A DNA stretch of 64,000 nt from Asterias rubens (taxonomy: Eukaryota). The DNA lies in contig NC_047074.1 of the NCBI RefSeq assembly GCF_902459465.1, positions 13,764,001-13,828,000 on the forward strand. Direction: 5' to 3'. Under the pieces are notes generated by a model. It was not told the origin of the DNA. It was given only the letters and a program-made list of their open reading frames with translations, and did not search any database. Made by a program: the position numbers and the translations under genes. Within the stretch, counting starts at the first letter, position 1. Each line of letters opens with the position of its first letter. This document shows, one piece after another, positions 26,101-38,607 of the stretch.

Positions 26101-29100
26101 TTACGATCAATCTATTGATTGATTGAATGATTAATCATTTAATTGATTGACTGATTGATTGATCGATATCATGTGGTGACTGCATCTACACAGCGCATAA
26201 ATCTTTGTGTTTCTGACCTGATTCTCACAGCATGTTGTAGCAATTCCTCTGCCTCCTCGAGATGTCCTTGATCCTTCAGTAAATTGGCAAGATTATTCAT
26301 GGATTGGTCGTACACTGGATTCAAACTGGATTCAAAACACAATCAACGTTCAAAAAAATTTACTCACAGCTACTAAATTAACAAAGGCCTGGAGTTTCAT
26401 CTTTGAAAGGGCAAGGCCATTTTTACTTTGTAAAGGGCACTTCCATTGGGAAAATCTTGAAGTAAATGGGAAACTTTTGAAGGGGGCACCAAGGCCAATA
26501 CCAGGGCAATGGAGCCAATGGTCTTCGTGTAATTGCAGGCCTGCAAAGGGTTGTTGTACTGTTTGTTTGTTTGATTGTAGGATGGAGGGAAACATGCACC
26601 AGGCAAGGAGTTCCAAAGAGATGCAGTACGTGGAATAAAGCTATTGGAATGGCTCCTTGTTCTCTACATATCAGCAAACCAAGTGATAACCAATTCAACA
26701 CATTCAGATAGAAAAATAAGAAATTCAAAGTTGTTTTATCCAAAAGGGTTTTCGATTTTGCTAGATATTAAGAGAGTAATAGGAACTACCTTAGGGCTTG
26801 TCTGTAGTATGTTATTGCCTCGTCTATGCTGCCTCTGTCTGCTGCGTTCTTTCCAATGTTATAATGGACCTGAGAAGAATGACAAATCACAAACACGTGT
26901 TTATTATATTGGACCTACATACACGTGTTTATTATATTGGACCTACATTTTACATATCTTACACACTTGTGTGATGTTTGGTTCAAAAGTTAGGACCTTT
27001 TGAAAAATGGATTTTGTCATAATCTGAAAAATAACCCATACTGGGGAAACAGCCCGTTTAATAAAAACATCAACTATTGATGTCTAAGGGATGAACAAAT
27101 AGAAAATGTTTTATTCAACTTTATTTAAGAAAATGTGAAAATAAATAATAATAATACTAATAAGACATTTGTAAAGCGCCTAATGCAAAAGCCTCTAAGC
27201 GCATTAAAGAAACAATAAAATAAACAATTAGAGAAAAATACAAGATACAAATAGGCAAATTACAAAAAAGAAGCTTTAAACAAATGAGTTTAAAGACCCT
27301 CGCATGCATAAAACCACTTAAACAAAATATTTAAAATCGTTTTTTTTACCCTCCCATCACTCAACAGCCCTGTACTGGAAAGTGGGTTGTGCGACAAGCG
27401 ACTCATTTTTGTTGAGCCTGTCACATTTTACAACAGACCAGAACATACTGACCAGTCTATTCAATGAGTTTAATGACCAACCTACCTTAGCATTTAGTGG
27501 GCAGACGTCTAACCCAGCCTTGTAGAGTCTTTCCTCTGTACTCCAGTCTTTGTTACGGCCAATACATCGACTCGCATAGTACACCAGAACACCAACCACG
27601 ACACACTTCATAACCTTGCAGAAGAAGCAAAAACAAAAACAGAATAACTGGAGAGAAAATATCCGGCCTGAGCAATGACTACTGCAACAGAACGGTGAAA
27701 CAACTAATTTGCCAGGGTCGCCATTTTTTGTTGTTCATTCGGGGGAGCCCCAAGAAAAAGCTAAATAATCACCACATTTAATCCTTGCATTCAAAATCAT
27801 CCTTGCATTCAAAATTGAAAATGCTAACAAGGTAGCTTTGTTGGGGTGAAAATGTGTGTCACACTTACTAAGTGTCTTGCTGAATAACTAAAAAATGGCA
27901 GCCACAGGGAAAGTTCTCTGTCATAAACCAGAGTCAGACGCAAGTAAACCCGCTCCAAAAAAAAGTTAAGCCTGCTTTATACTTCCTGCAAATACAAATG
28001 CAGTACAAATTTTGGCGTTACATGGCTGTTTTCGCAGCATAAGTCAACTGTTGTGAATTATTCGTTGCAAATTTTTGTTGTCAAAATTCCTATCACATTC
28101 ACAAGTATGAATGGGGCTTTACCCGGGTGAGCAACGACAATGCCATCATCGCTACCTGAGCGCACTGCGGTCACCTGAGCGCACTGCGGTCACCTGAGCG
28201 CACTGCGGTCACCTGAGCGCACCGCGGTCACCTGAGCGCACAGCGGTCACCTGAGCGCACTGCGGTCACCTGAGCGCACTGCGGTCACCTGTGCGCACTG
28301 CGGTCACCTGAGCGCACTGCGGTCACCTGAGCGCACTGCGGTCACCTGAGCGCACTGCGGTCACCTGAGCGCACTGCGGTCACCTGAGCGCACTGCGGTC
28401 ACCTGAGCGCACTGCGGTCACCTGAGCGCACTGCGGTCTCGTCTCGATCCAGAGAGGCTAGTTGGCAACATACAGAAATTTGAAATTCAACCACTGGCGA
28501 CAACAACAAATACGCAAACATATTTACCGTTCTACCACCAGGCAGATGAGATGATAGTCTGTTGACCATTAGAGTCAGTAACATACAGAAGCCTAGACTA
28601 GGTAGGTACAAGACTCGTTCAGCGATGACAAAACCAACTCTGAAGAAGAGATTAGAGGCTGGCAAGAAAGGAATTATCAGTAGAGCCACGGCCATTGTCA
28701 AAACCCTGGAGAATGAGAGCGGGAAAAACAGAGGATGTCAAACAAATTTTTTGAAGATTTAGAGGGAACCAGACACAAGCAACTGACCTTACATTGCACC
28801 ATGTACTAGGATTGGTAGTGCACCTTAAACACAGAACACCGATCATGAAAGAGTCGTGGTTAACCCCAGTGTTTCTGGTTCACATAGCAGTACCCTTGTT
28901 AACAGATTTCCTCCACGCTTGCGAGCTACAGTGAAAGAGTAGGGGTTAACCCTTGTGTTTCTGGTTCACATAGCAGTACCCTTGTTAACAGGTTTCCTCA
29001 GGCTTGCGAGCTACAGTGATTGAGCTCACTTATGAGGCATCCTTGGTTTTATTACAAAAAGTAATAACAACAGTAAACTAGAGTGTCTGACTAAAAACTA

Positions 29101-32100
29101 ACTTTTTTGCAAAGCAATCGCAAGCAAAATAATGTCAGAAATTGAAAATATTAGTTGTCTTTGCTGTGTTGGATTTTTGGAGGTGCTTGACTGCAAATTG
29201 AATTTTTTTAAATAAAGTATGGTCATGCTCAGAATTATATAAAATAATATTATTGTCTGACAAAGGGCATGATGCCTAAGATTTACTGTTTGAAGGTAAT
29301 GTGCCAGAGAGTCAAATTGTCAGTAAGAAAACATACCTCCTCCTCTGGCTTGGCGGATCCATAAAGCACTTGAAGATCAGACAACCCAAGAATACCCACA
29401 ATGCAGTAGGGACCAATACTCTCACATCATTGGTGGATTCTATCAAAGACACACAGCCCATTGACCAATCAAAACAGAGCCAGTGAGGCACCATCAGGAG
29501 CCAGACATTGATGGAATAAATGAAGTTGTAGTTCACCATCTGTGATTAAGAATACACAATATGTAGGAAACTAAATTAAATAAATGACAATAAACACAAG
29601 TATAATTATTTTCAATCAACAATTTTTGGTTACAGATTAGTTCATTCCTTCCAATCATTAAGTTTCCAAGAATCATTTACTATTAGAAATATTGATAAAA
29701 TATTAAGAACTAATTTGTGCAAAGAATCAATCTTCTTTATCAAAATCTTTTTGTTTGCAATGTAAAACTTTGAAATGCAAAAGGTAATAGTAAATTGGCA
29801 GGTACAACCCTGTGTAAAATCTCCTTGTATGTGGGACTGTGGTTCTGAAAGAGCTGGATTGGTTTTAACGTTTCAAAGAGTATACAATTAACTCACCCTT
29901 GTTATAGCTCCTTCTGCAAACGAAGCTGGGTTGTCAAAATGCTGAAACGGTGGAGGACCACCCCCCATAATAAACAACCTTCCGATAAGAAGCCCAACTC
30001 CACAAAACGCCATTATACACAGTCTGGTTAATAAGGAAGGCAGCCATCTTGGATCTACAGAATAGTCTTCTTTGGTCTGGTTTCTATGACGACTAAGATA
30101 GTACTGGAAGATTTGGAGGATGTCTAATTTACAGTTGCTGATGACATCGTAAATTATACAGACACCCTTTACAAGAAGACAGGAAACATAAAATCCGAAA
30201 AGAATATTAGACGTAAATTAATTATGTGATTTTAATACATCTTAATTATTATTATTTTAAATAAGTATACCATATTGCCGCCTGGTAAATCAAAACCACA
30301 GTGGCATGTCATGGCCGAGCATGTCATGGTCTAGTTCCCTGGATCAAAGCTCTGGTGTTGTCAGCAGAAGAGTGTGGGTTTGAATCCAGTTCATGCCTCT
30401 TGAGCCTTTGATCAAGGCACTAAACCTTTCCCTCTCACGTGTCATGGCTGAGTGGTCTAGTTCACCGGATCAAAGCTCTGGTGTTGTCAGCAGAAGAGTG
30501 TGGGTTTGAATCCAGTTCATGCCTCTTGAGCCTTTGATCAAGGCACTAAACCTTTCCCTCTCACGTGTCGTGGCTGAGTGGTCTAGTTCACCGGATCAAA
30601 GCTCTGGTGTTGTCAGCAGCAGAGTGTGGGTTTGAATCCAGTTCATGCCTCTTGAGCCTTTGATCAAGGCACTAAACCTTTCCCTCTCACGTGTCGTGGC
30701 TGAGTGGTCTAGTTCACCGGATCAAAGCTCTGGTGTTGTCAGCAGCAGAGTGTGGGTTTGAATCCAGTTCATGCCTCTTGAGCCTTTGATCAAGGCACTA
30801 AACCTTTCCCTCTCACGTGTCGTGGCTGAGTGGTCTAGTTCACCGGATCAAAGCTCTGGTGTTGTCAGCAGCAGAGTGTGGGTTTGAATCCAGTTCATGC
30901 CTCTTGAGCCTTTGATCAAGGCACTAAACCTTTCCCTCTCACGTGTCGTGGCTGAGTGGTCTAGTTCACCGGATCAAAGCTCTGGTGTTGTCAGCAGCAG
31001 AGTGTGGGTTTGAATCCAGTTCATGCCTCTTGAGCCTTTGATCAAGGCACTAAACCTTTCCCTCTCACGTGTCGTGGCTGAGTGGTCTAGTTCCCAGATC
31101 AAAGCTCTGGTGTTGTCAGCAGCAGAGTGTGGGTTTGAATCCAGTTCATGCCTCTTGAGCCTTTGATCAAGGCACTAAACCTTTCCCTCTCACGTGTCGT
31201 GGCTGAGTGGTCTAGTTCCCAGATCAAAGCTCTGGTGTTGTCAGCAGAAGAGTGTGGGTTTGAATCCCTGTCATGACACTACTTATCGACCGCCCTTTAC
31301 AAGGCTCTTGTAATTTCTCTACCTGCCTGTCTCATAGTGGATGATACCCATGCCATGCCTACATGTACATCCTTACGCCTTATGGACTGTGAAGGGGGTA
31401 ACCCTGTTTCAGCCCCAGGAGTAGGAGGCAAAGTGCCCCTGGTGACAGTTTCACATGTGATACTTATTGTAGCTTTCTCGAAAATTGTGACTATAAATCT
31501 GCATTTTGTTGACATAAACAATCTTTGACCCCAACATTGGTCAAAAGGTTGCAAAAGCTAAATCTTTTAATTTTTTTATTTATTACTTACAATAACAGTG
31601 ATTCCTTGTTCTTTACAAAGCATTGAGGCCATACAGCACAGTAAACAATAAAACAATCTCAGCAAAGAATGGCCACATCCTCCTGAAATCCAAATTACAA
31701 AAGGGACGTCAGCGGATACATTCAGCAATTGTCAAAACATAATATAATAATAACAATAATTTATTGATTTCTATTGCGCCTTTTCCATTCAATTTTCAAG
31801 CGCAAAACAATAAGGATTGCTACAAACATTGGTAAATTAAAAATTAATCTGTGAAAAACTTCAAAGTTAAACAATAAATGATTGCTTTATGCCATGTACA
31901 TGTATCTCTTTTGAACTCGTTGCCTGGTGCTTTTTTCCCCTCATCTTACAATCGAGACGAAAGAGGAATATCCATTCTCCAGCTCTTATCTAAAGTGTTT
32001 ACTTCTAAGACCTTTATACCAAGACTGGCTTTTAGCCTTGTCTTGGGCTAACTTGCATAACTTTTTTTCATAATTAAAAACGACACAAACAGTCAGATCA

Positions 32101-34500
32101 CAATCAGAAGACAATTTAATCGGTAAAAGGCGTCTTGAAAAGCATCCCTCACAGCACAGTTAAGCCCGGTTCATAATTTCAGCGAATGTTAATGTGAAAC
32201 AAATTGTTGACGGACGACACAGGGCTGTTTTACAGCGCATGTTTTGCAGGAGTTGAGCACAAGTCAACTGAAGCGAACTATTTGTAGCAAATTTGTGGCG
32301 TAAAAATTTGTATCACATTCGCAGGAAGTATGAACCGGGCTTCATATCCAGAGAATACTTATATTGAACTTACCTTTTGCCAAAGCAGAAACGTAAAAAT
32401 AAAAAGACTGGAAAAAGAATAATGCACATAAAAGATCAGCTCTTCCAACAACACCTGCCACCTATTGAGAAATAAATGAAAAACACAATTGTCATTATTG
32501 TATCTCTCTTAGAATGAAAACCAAGGGACCCTAAAAAGCGTCTAGCGCTGTGACTCCTAGGCCTGAAGATACCTGTGGTGAGGATGATGAAAAAATGTTG
32601 CGTTTTTCAATGTGGGAGGAAAACCACAACTAGGAGAAAACCCACGCAGACAGGTAGGGACTGAAAACCCAATCCACCATGTCCTAAAGCAAGGCTTCGG
32701 TCCAGTTCACAACCGTAGTCCATAAAGGAAAGGCTGCAATTTTTCTGTATCAGTGAAATCAAGTTCATATTCAACCTTAAATTCCATGGCAGACCTAATA
32801 CTTCAAGGAGGCAATGAAGGCAATTGGTTTCATGCTCCTGTTCATTGCCTTGGTGCCCTTGAAAAGATCCAGTGGAAACTTACAATTCCTCATAGGGTGC
32901 CCTTTGCCAAGGAGAAAATGCCTTGGTGCCCTTAAGTGCCCTTTCAAAAACAAAGTATACGTATGCCTGCCAAGGCCTGCATTTTGTAGGTTCCATTTTG
33001 TAAGTTCTTAGACAAATAGTTTTGAATTCCAACTACCTGCCTCAAAATACTTCGTTCTAAGGAAGGCAAATCAGTTTAAAGAAAGTGCGCCTTACAAATG
33101 CTGTGTTTTATTATTATTATTAAAGGTCACTTACACTCTCAGTGTGAATGGGGTGAGCTGTGAAGAACAGAGCACACAGGAGACTAGCTCTAGGAGAGGA
33201 GAACCCAAGCTGCCATCGGACATCATCCTCATCGTCAATGTCATCTTGAGACGGCTGATCAGCAAAGAGGATGGAGAAGATGACTAAGGACAAGACACTA
33301 ATGACGGAGTGTAGGATGATGTTTGTCAAATGGAAACCGAGCGGATGAAAACCACCACTGAGGAAATAGTTGAACCTGTATCGGAAAGAAGAAATTGTTC
33401 TTTTAACCTGTTATTTGTTACTTTTACAGACTAACATTTTGTAGATCAGCTGACGAAGGCTGCAACACAACAAGAAAAAGCTGAGCTTAGGACGCTGATG
33501 CTGGACCGGGACGATGGAAGACGACCATCAGAATTTTCCCGAGAAGGCGTCGACTTTAAGACAACCTCTCAAACAACTACTACTTTACAAGAGAAATATA
33601 AACTAATAAACCATGAGTGGAAACTGACTGGGTAAATTTCAAATAATGTTGGGTTGAACCAAATTTTTTTAAATAATAACCCAGTCAGTCTGTTTCCCTT
33701 TTGGGTTAGTACTTGAAATTAAAAAAATACCGTGCGAAAATACTGCATTGCAACCTTCCTCTGCTTAGCAAATAATGAGTTGCAAAGCAGTAGCAACAAT
33801 GTAAACACGATGAAATTTAAGCAGAGAACCTGTTTCAGTTACCCAAGATTTTTTAGTGCTTGCAAATATCAATGCTGAAATACAGGCTTCATGAAAATTG
33901 GGCCCAGTTTTGAAAAGAACAATTTTACGCTTAGCAGCAAAAGTGAAAATTATAGTTCAAGTAAAGCCTTCCTACAAAAATTGGACAAAGAAAATAAAAG
34001 AATTACCTAAAGGTGAGAACGGTGATAGGTCTGTAAGATTTATGACTATGATTCTTAGTTAGTCTCTCTCCCCAGAAGTCGTCGTAAAACAGTTCCGCAA
34101 TCGGCGTTTCCGGTTTCACGTCTTTGTTGCTAAGCACCGCTTCCATATCATCAAAGACAAAGTCACCATAGAGACTGTTGCCATAGCAAAGTAGAGACAA
34201 GATGGCTACCACACACGCCGCTTGTCTCAGCGATAGCTTAGGAACAGGAATGTTCAGGTCCCAGTCATCTAAACTTGCTTCTTGAGACTTCTTCAAGATG
34301 TTATTCTGAGAGTCCACTCTTTCCGGAGGGTTGTGCCGGTGGACGCCATTTTTCCGAGATCTCAACCCTTGGGGACTTGGCTTTGACCGGTTGTGGTTCG
34401 TGGGTCTTTGATGAGAAGTGGCTGGGTTTGGCATGGCTCCGGGGATGCTCCGTGACTTCAGCCGTGGAGTTTGGTCAGGGTGCTGGCATAAACGCATCAT
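17152..34500 (-). CDS. TMTC4: Protein O-mannosyltransferase TMTC4 (multi-TM, DUF1736 and TPR repeats), 14 coding exons, ~828 aa
   Basis: Exons: 34500-34007, 33375-33135, 32461-32374, 31682-31591, 30166-29897, 29539-29337, 28705-28528, 27614-27486, 26869-26790, 26325-26218, 25677-25536, 23343-23229, 17971-17859, 17385-17152; phases join to 2487 nt. Motifs [82 protein letters not shown], then TPRs. The C-terminal [13 protein letters not shown] points to TMTC4 specifically. The start codon is uncertain (see findings). Confidence 0.95.
18168..18441. mobile_element. Nested MITEs: Harbinger-type element (18176-18309) inside the left TIR of an AGGCACTGGACAC-family MITE
   Basis: ttaa-aggca-CTG-[gggtcgatttcac ... 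gtgaaatccaccc]-CAG-gacacctttgg ... gtgtccagcgcct. Confidence 0.8.
19971..21719. mobile_element. Foldback-like structure: ~305 bp inverted arms (19971-20275 / 21410-21719) around a 1.13 kb spacer
   Basis: The arms are reverse complements by direct reading, e.g. gtgccctaatttgcatatttaaattaggtggtaattagcaatc vs gattgctaattaccacctaatttaaatatgcaaattagggcac. No TSD seen. Confidence 0.75.
20840..21409 (+). repeat. Degenerate G/A-rich minisatellite (gggaggcaacaacag-like, ~16-20 bp units)
   Basis: About 30 recurrences of gaggcaac/aggcaac. Confidence 0.85.
21878..22006. mobile_element. Small palindromic MITE (GGCC termini)
   Basis: ggccctgtccgaaacgacgactttggctac ... gccgaagttgccgttttggatacacggcc. Relatives at ~13285 and ~61255-61390. 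Confidence 0.6.
28154..28438. repeat. Minisatellite, 15 x 19 bp (ACCTGAGCGCACTGCGGTC)
   Basis: 285 bp equals 15 units; only three single-base variants seen. Confidence 0.97.
30308..31280 (+). repeat. Tandem array of 8 SINE heads (126 bp unit; last unit partial)
   Basis: CACGT anchor at 30436, 30562, 30688, 30814, 30940, 31066 and 31191. Each unit has A box TGGCTGAGTGG and B-box-like GGTTTGAATCC. Confidence 0.93.
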
Positions 34501-34768
34501 CCTTAATGATTACACCATTGTGCTCTGTCATCCTGTAGGAAAAAAACCACAATTATGAATCTTGTGAATTTACGGAGCTAAACAAGATATTTAAAAAAAC
34601 AAAAGATTCTTAGTCTCTGGTTATGAAACCAATGATGCCTCATAAGTGACCTTCGTACAATGCAAGTAGCTCCCAGCCTGAGGAAACCTGTAAATAAGGA
34701 TGCTTGCTAATGCTATGTGAACCAGAAACACCGGGGTTAACTCCTACTTTTCCATGATGAGTGATCAG

Positions 34769-35047
34769 GGCCCAATTTCATAGCGCTGCTTAACAGTAAG
34801 CAAATTTGCATGCTTACTGTAGCAGAAAAAATTTGCTTCAGCCATAGCGTATTTCACAGGTTAGCAGAAAAATTGGGCGGCCATATTGCGTTTACCGTGG
34901 ATTTGCATTGTGACGTCATTTTTTTGGGTGCGGTAAGCACCGGAAGGTTAGCATGTCTTTTCGTGTGCTTACAGTTAGCAGCGCTATGAAATAAAAATCG
35001 CACAGTAAGCAAAAAATCGGCTGCTAAGCAGTGCTATGAATTGGGCC
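34769..35047. mobile_element. Harbinger-type MITE (CAG TSD) abutting a reversed SINE head (35048-35125)
   Basis: CAG-ggcccaatttcatagcgctgc ... gcagtgctatgaattgggcc-CAG. Confidence 0.8.
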
Positions 35048-38040
35048 CAGGACTCAAAGCCAGACTGTGCTGATCAAAAACACCAAAGCCTGAGTGCGAT
35101 GCTCTTAACCGCTCTGCAACGACACGCCAACTCAAAACTTCCAACTCTACAAAATCCATTTAGATCTTTCACCAAAATTGTCTTGCAAGGTTTAAAAAGA
35201 ATTTACAGCATTTTAGGAAGTTCTATTTACATACCAAAGTGTCCTTCACCACAAAACAGATTATCATCAGCCAACCACAAATTCTTATCAGATAGTTTTT
35301 TTAGACAGTAGCCAAGATCAATCCACAAGCACCTATCTCTGCCAAGTTCTTTGTAATCAACAGTCAACAGCAAAATGATCTGGGACTCTCAACTGGTGTA
35401 AGCTTAAGTACCGTTTACCTGCCCACTGCTTCAAGGTTGTACGAACAATAGGACAGCCACCATTTAAAGAACTACCGGTAAAGAAAACAACTTGAAATGC
35501 CCGTCTGCTTTGCTTAGGTAAACATAGACAGCGTCAGCAGGGCGGATATTTTCTCCTCCGACAGCTATCACACACAACTCCTTGTCTTTGTGGTAAACCA
35601 CATATCCAATATGAGGTCCTCAAAAAAATAGAAAATGGGTCTAAAGGTGGTGGTAAACAACATCAAAGTGTTTGACACGTAGCGTAGCGTACAACTGGTT
35701 TACATTGAAGGGGGGGGGCTTGTCAATTAGCCTCAGCATAACAGGGGTTCTTTGCTTTAGTGCTGAGCACGATTTTGAAAGACATAATAATGGCTGTTTG
35801 TTAGAGTGTACTTTGTGTAGCCTTGGACAGTGTTAAACAGATCTGCTGACTTATACAAAGGGATATGAATGCATCTCACTGCGGGGGGGGGGGGGGGGGG
35901 GGGGGGGGGTCGGGTTATCAACATCTCTCAGTAGACTCTCCTTTCATTCAAGATTAAAGGGGTGGTATTACTCTGACCGAAACCTGAGATTCTATTCTTC
36001 AATCTTAGTGTGAAGCTATAGTCCAGATTCCTTCAAAGTTCTACATCTTATCCAACCATGGGGATTACCTCCATGATCCAACTGCTAGTGCCAGAGTAAT
36101 GGGTTCGTAAGGGTTAGCGCCAGTACTCATAGCAGACAATAAAATTGCTCATCATATATGTCACATATAAATATGTTAAGTCCAAACAATTTGGTAGTAG
36201 TGATTTAGGAGATGTGGGAAATGTAGGGTTACGGCCACACTCGATGCAAACTGTCAAGTTTGTAAGGATTAATAAAAAATTAGTTTCAATTGATTGACTG
36301 ATATAGACCTAACCATTTTATGATTTTTATGGGTACATTTTTTGTTAAGTTTAAACTGGTACAAATGTTGTTTTTGGTTTGATTGGACAAAGAAAAGTTT
36401 TCTAAAGCAGCATTTGAACCAATAGGCCTAACCTCCAAATAAACAGCAATTCAAATTTGTCAACATCCATTTCTTGATTCTATCTTCAGAAGAAATAATT
36501 TAAAAGGATGTTTATTACTAACCTTACCTTTTTTGTTAAAAAGTAAACTTTCTGATAAAAACTACAGAATTTATTTTTGGGGTCATTTCCAAAGTACCTT
36601 TAAGGGACTCCTTAAACAACCTGACAGTTTAAGCGCGTGCTGTGATCAACAAAAACCTTAACCACAGGAACTCTGCAAATAATAATACACAATACAAACA
36701 TTTTGTGGTGCTTTTTCTGTGGTTGTTATTGTGGCGGGGTTTGTTTATTCTTCAGCACTCTACATTGATTGGATTTCTAATTGAATGGCTATTGAATAAT
36801 TTTTTAAGACCAAATGAAAGGTTATTTTCCTTACAGCTGCAGGCCCAACTTCATCATAGCTGCTTAAGCACAAAATACAGCTAAGCACAACAAAATTATG
36901 CTTACCAGAGTAAGGTTATAAGCTAAAGTACCAATTGAAAGGTAATTTTCCAAACAGCAGGCCCAATTTCATAGCTGTTTGAGCACAAAATGCAGCTAAG
37001 CACAATAAAATTATGCTAACCGGAATAAGGTTGGTTACCAGCCAAAATACCATGTCACTTTACTAAAGTGTTCTAGACAACATGATCGGCCATTTTCTGG
37101 AGTAAAAAATACAATAGCTCGTGCCGTGGGAACGACTTAATAAAAGGAAAACCGGACCGGAAAACCATGCAATTTCAAGACATATTTGAAAGAACCATCT
37201 TTCTAACCAATATATGTTTATGAATTTTATAATAAACGGTTTGAATAACTCTCCATATGGTGCCACCACCTTCATCAGTTCATAACCTTGTCACTCATTT
37301 TTACAAAAAGGGATTTATCTCATTGAGGTAAATTAGAGACTATATTATTTCATATCGAATGAAAAGGTGGTGGCGCTATACGAAAACTTTTCCTCCAATT
37401 ATATAAGCCTAGACGGTTTTTTTCCAACCAACATGCCAAAACCCCCTGTTCCAACCCCTTCCCCTGTCTGTAACCAAAATGGCCCACCATTCTTTGTTGT
37501 CTAGCGAGCTCACTGGAAATTCAGCTCACTCTCTGCTGTGCACAATTCTTACCTCATCATCCACCACACATTTCAAACACCAAACAAATGTCTCCCTTTC
37601 ACTTTCAGCATTGGTTTTTTTTCCGCCAGGTATCCACGTCTAAAAACGTACCTTGACGAAAGATTATCAAGTACCAAGGTCGGTGGAGCAATGAACCGAT
37701 CAAGAAATACCAAAAGCAAGAGATTGTTCAGGCTCACTAACTGCACAAGAGCAAACAAAAAACTGCTTTCAAAATGAATGCTTTGATGGTGTGTATGTAC
37801 TGTAGCGCTTGCAAAGCACATGGAGCCCTTTCTGTGTGCGTTTGTGTAATACATTGTTTACATTCCGATATTGCTGTGCGCACCGCGATATCAGTGTGTA
37901 TGGTGGCCATGAAATGACATTAAGAAATTCATAATGTCTGCGCTCGAAAATACGGAAGGCACTAAATACTAAACTCCACAGCGGTTCGGCCCATCGGAGA
38001 ATACCCGAGCGATAATGACCTTATGACGTCATTTTGCATA

Positions 38041-38607
38041 TGCTTGCATCTTTTAGACATGAAAATATTAACAACCAGGTCCTAGTGGTCAGTCCACTCT
38101 TATGTAACAACTCCCCAAGCCTGCTGCTACAAATGTACTTGAATAAAGAGGTCTGAAGCAGTGCTTGCATCTTTTAAACATGAAAATATAAACAACCAGG
38201 TCCCAATGGTTAGTCCACTCTTATGTAACAACTCCCCAAACCTGCTGCTACAAATGTACTTTAATATAGAGGTCTGAAGCAGTACTGATCTTTTAGACAT
38301 GAAAATATTAACAACCAGGTCCTAGTGGTTAGTCCACTCTTATGTAACAGATCCCCAAGCCTGCTGCTACAAATGTACTTGAATAAAGAGGTCTGAAGCA
38401 GTGCTTGCATCTTTTAAACAAAAATATAAACAACCAGGTCCCAGTGGTTAGTCCACTCTTATGTAACAACTCCCCAAACCTGCTGCTACAAATGTACTTG
38501 AATAAAGAGGTCTGAAGCAGTACTTGAATCTTTTAGACATTAAATCATTAACAACCAGGTCCTAGTGGTTAGTACACTCTTATGTAACAACTCCCCAAAC
38601 CTGCTGC
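38041..38607. repeat. Satellite of ~4.6 x 120 bp units with A/B alternation (240 bp higher-order repeat)
   Basis: Unit anchors tctttta at 38049, 38170, 38289, 38410 and 38529. Confidence 0.92.

Noticed and set aside
26893-26948. 28 bp tandem duplication near a TMTC4 acceptor
   Set aside because: Ordinary two-copy slippage duplication with no further signal.
30308-31280. CRISPR-like array
   Set aside because: Units are contiguous and near-identical with no unique spacers, and the context is eukaryotic. The same applies to 28154-28438 and 38041-38607.
31297-31554. 85 aa minus-strand ORF as a TMTC4 exon
   Set aside because: The TMTC4 reading frame is complete without it (31682-31591 joins 30166 in phase) and there is no homology.
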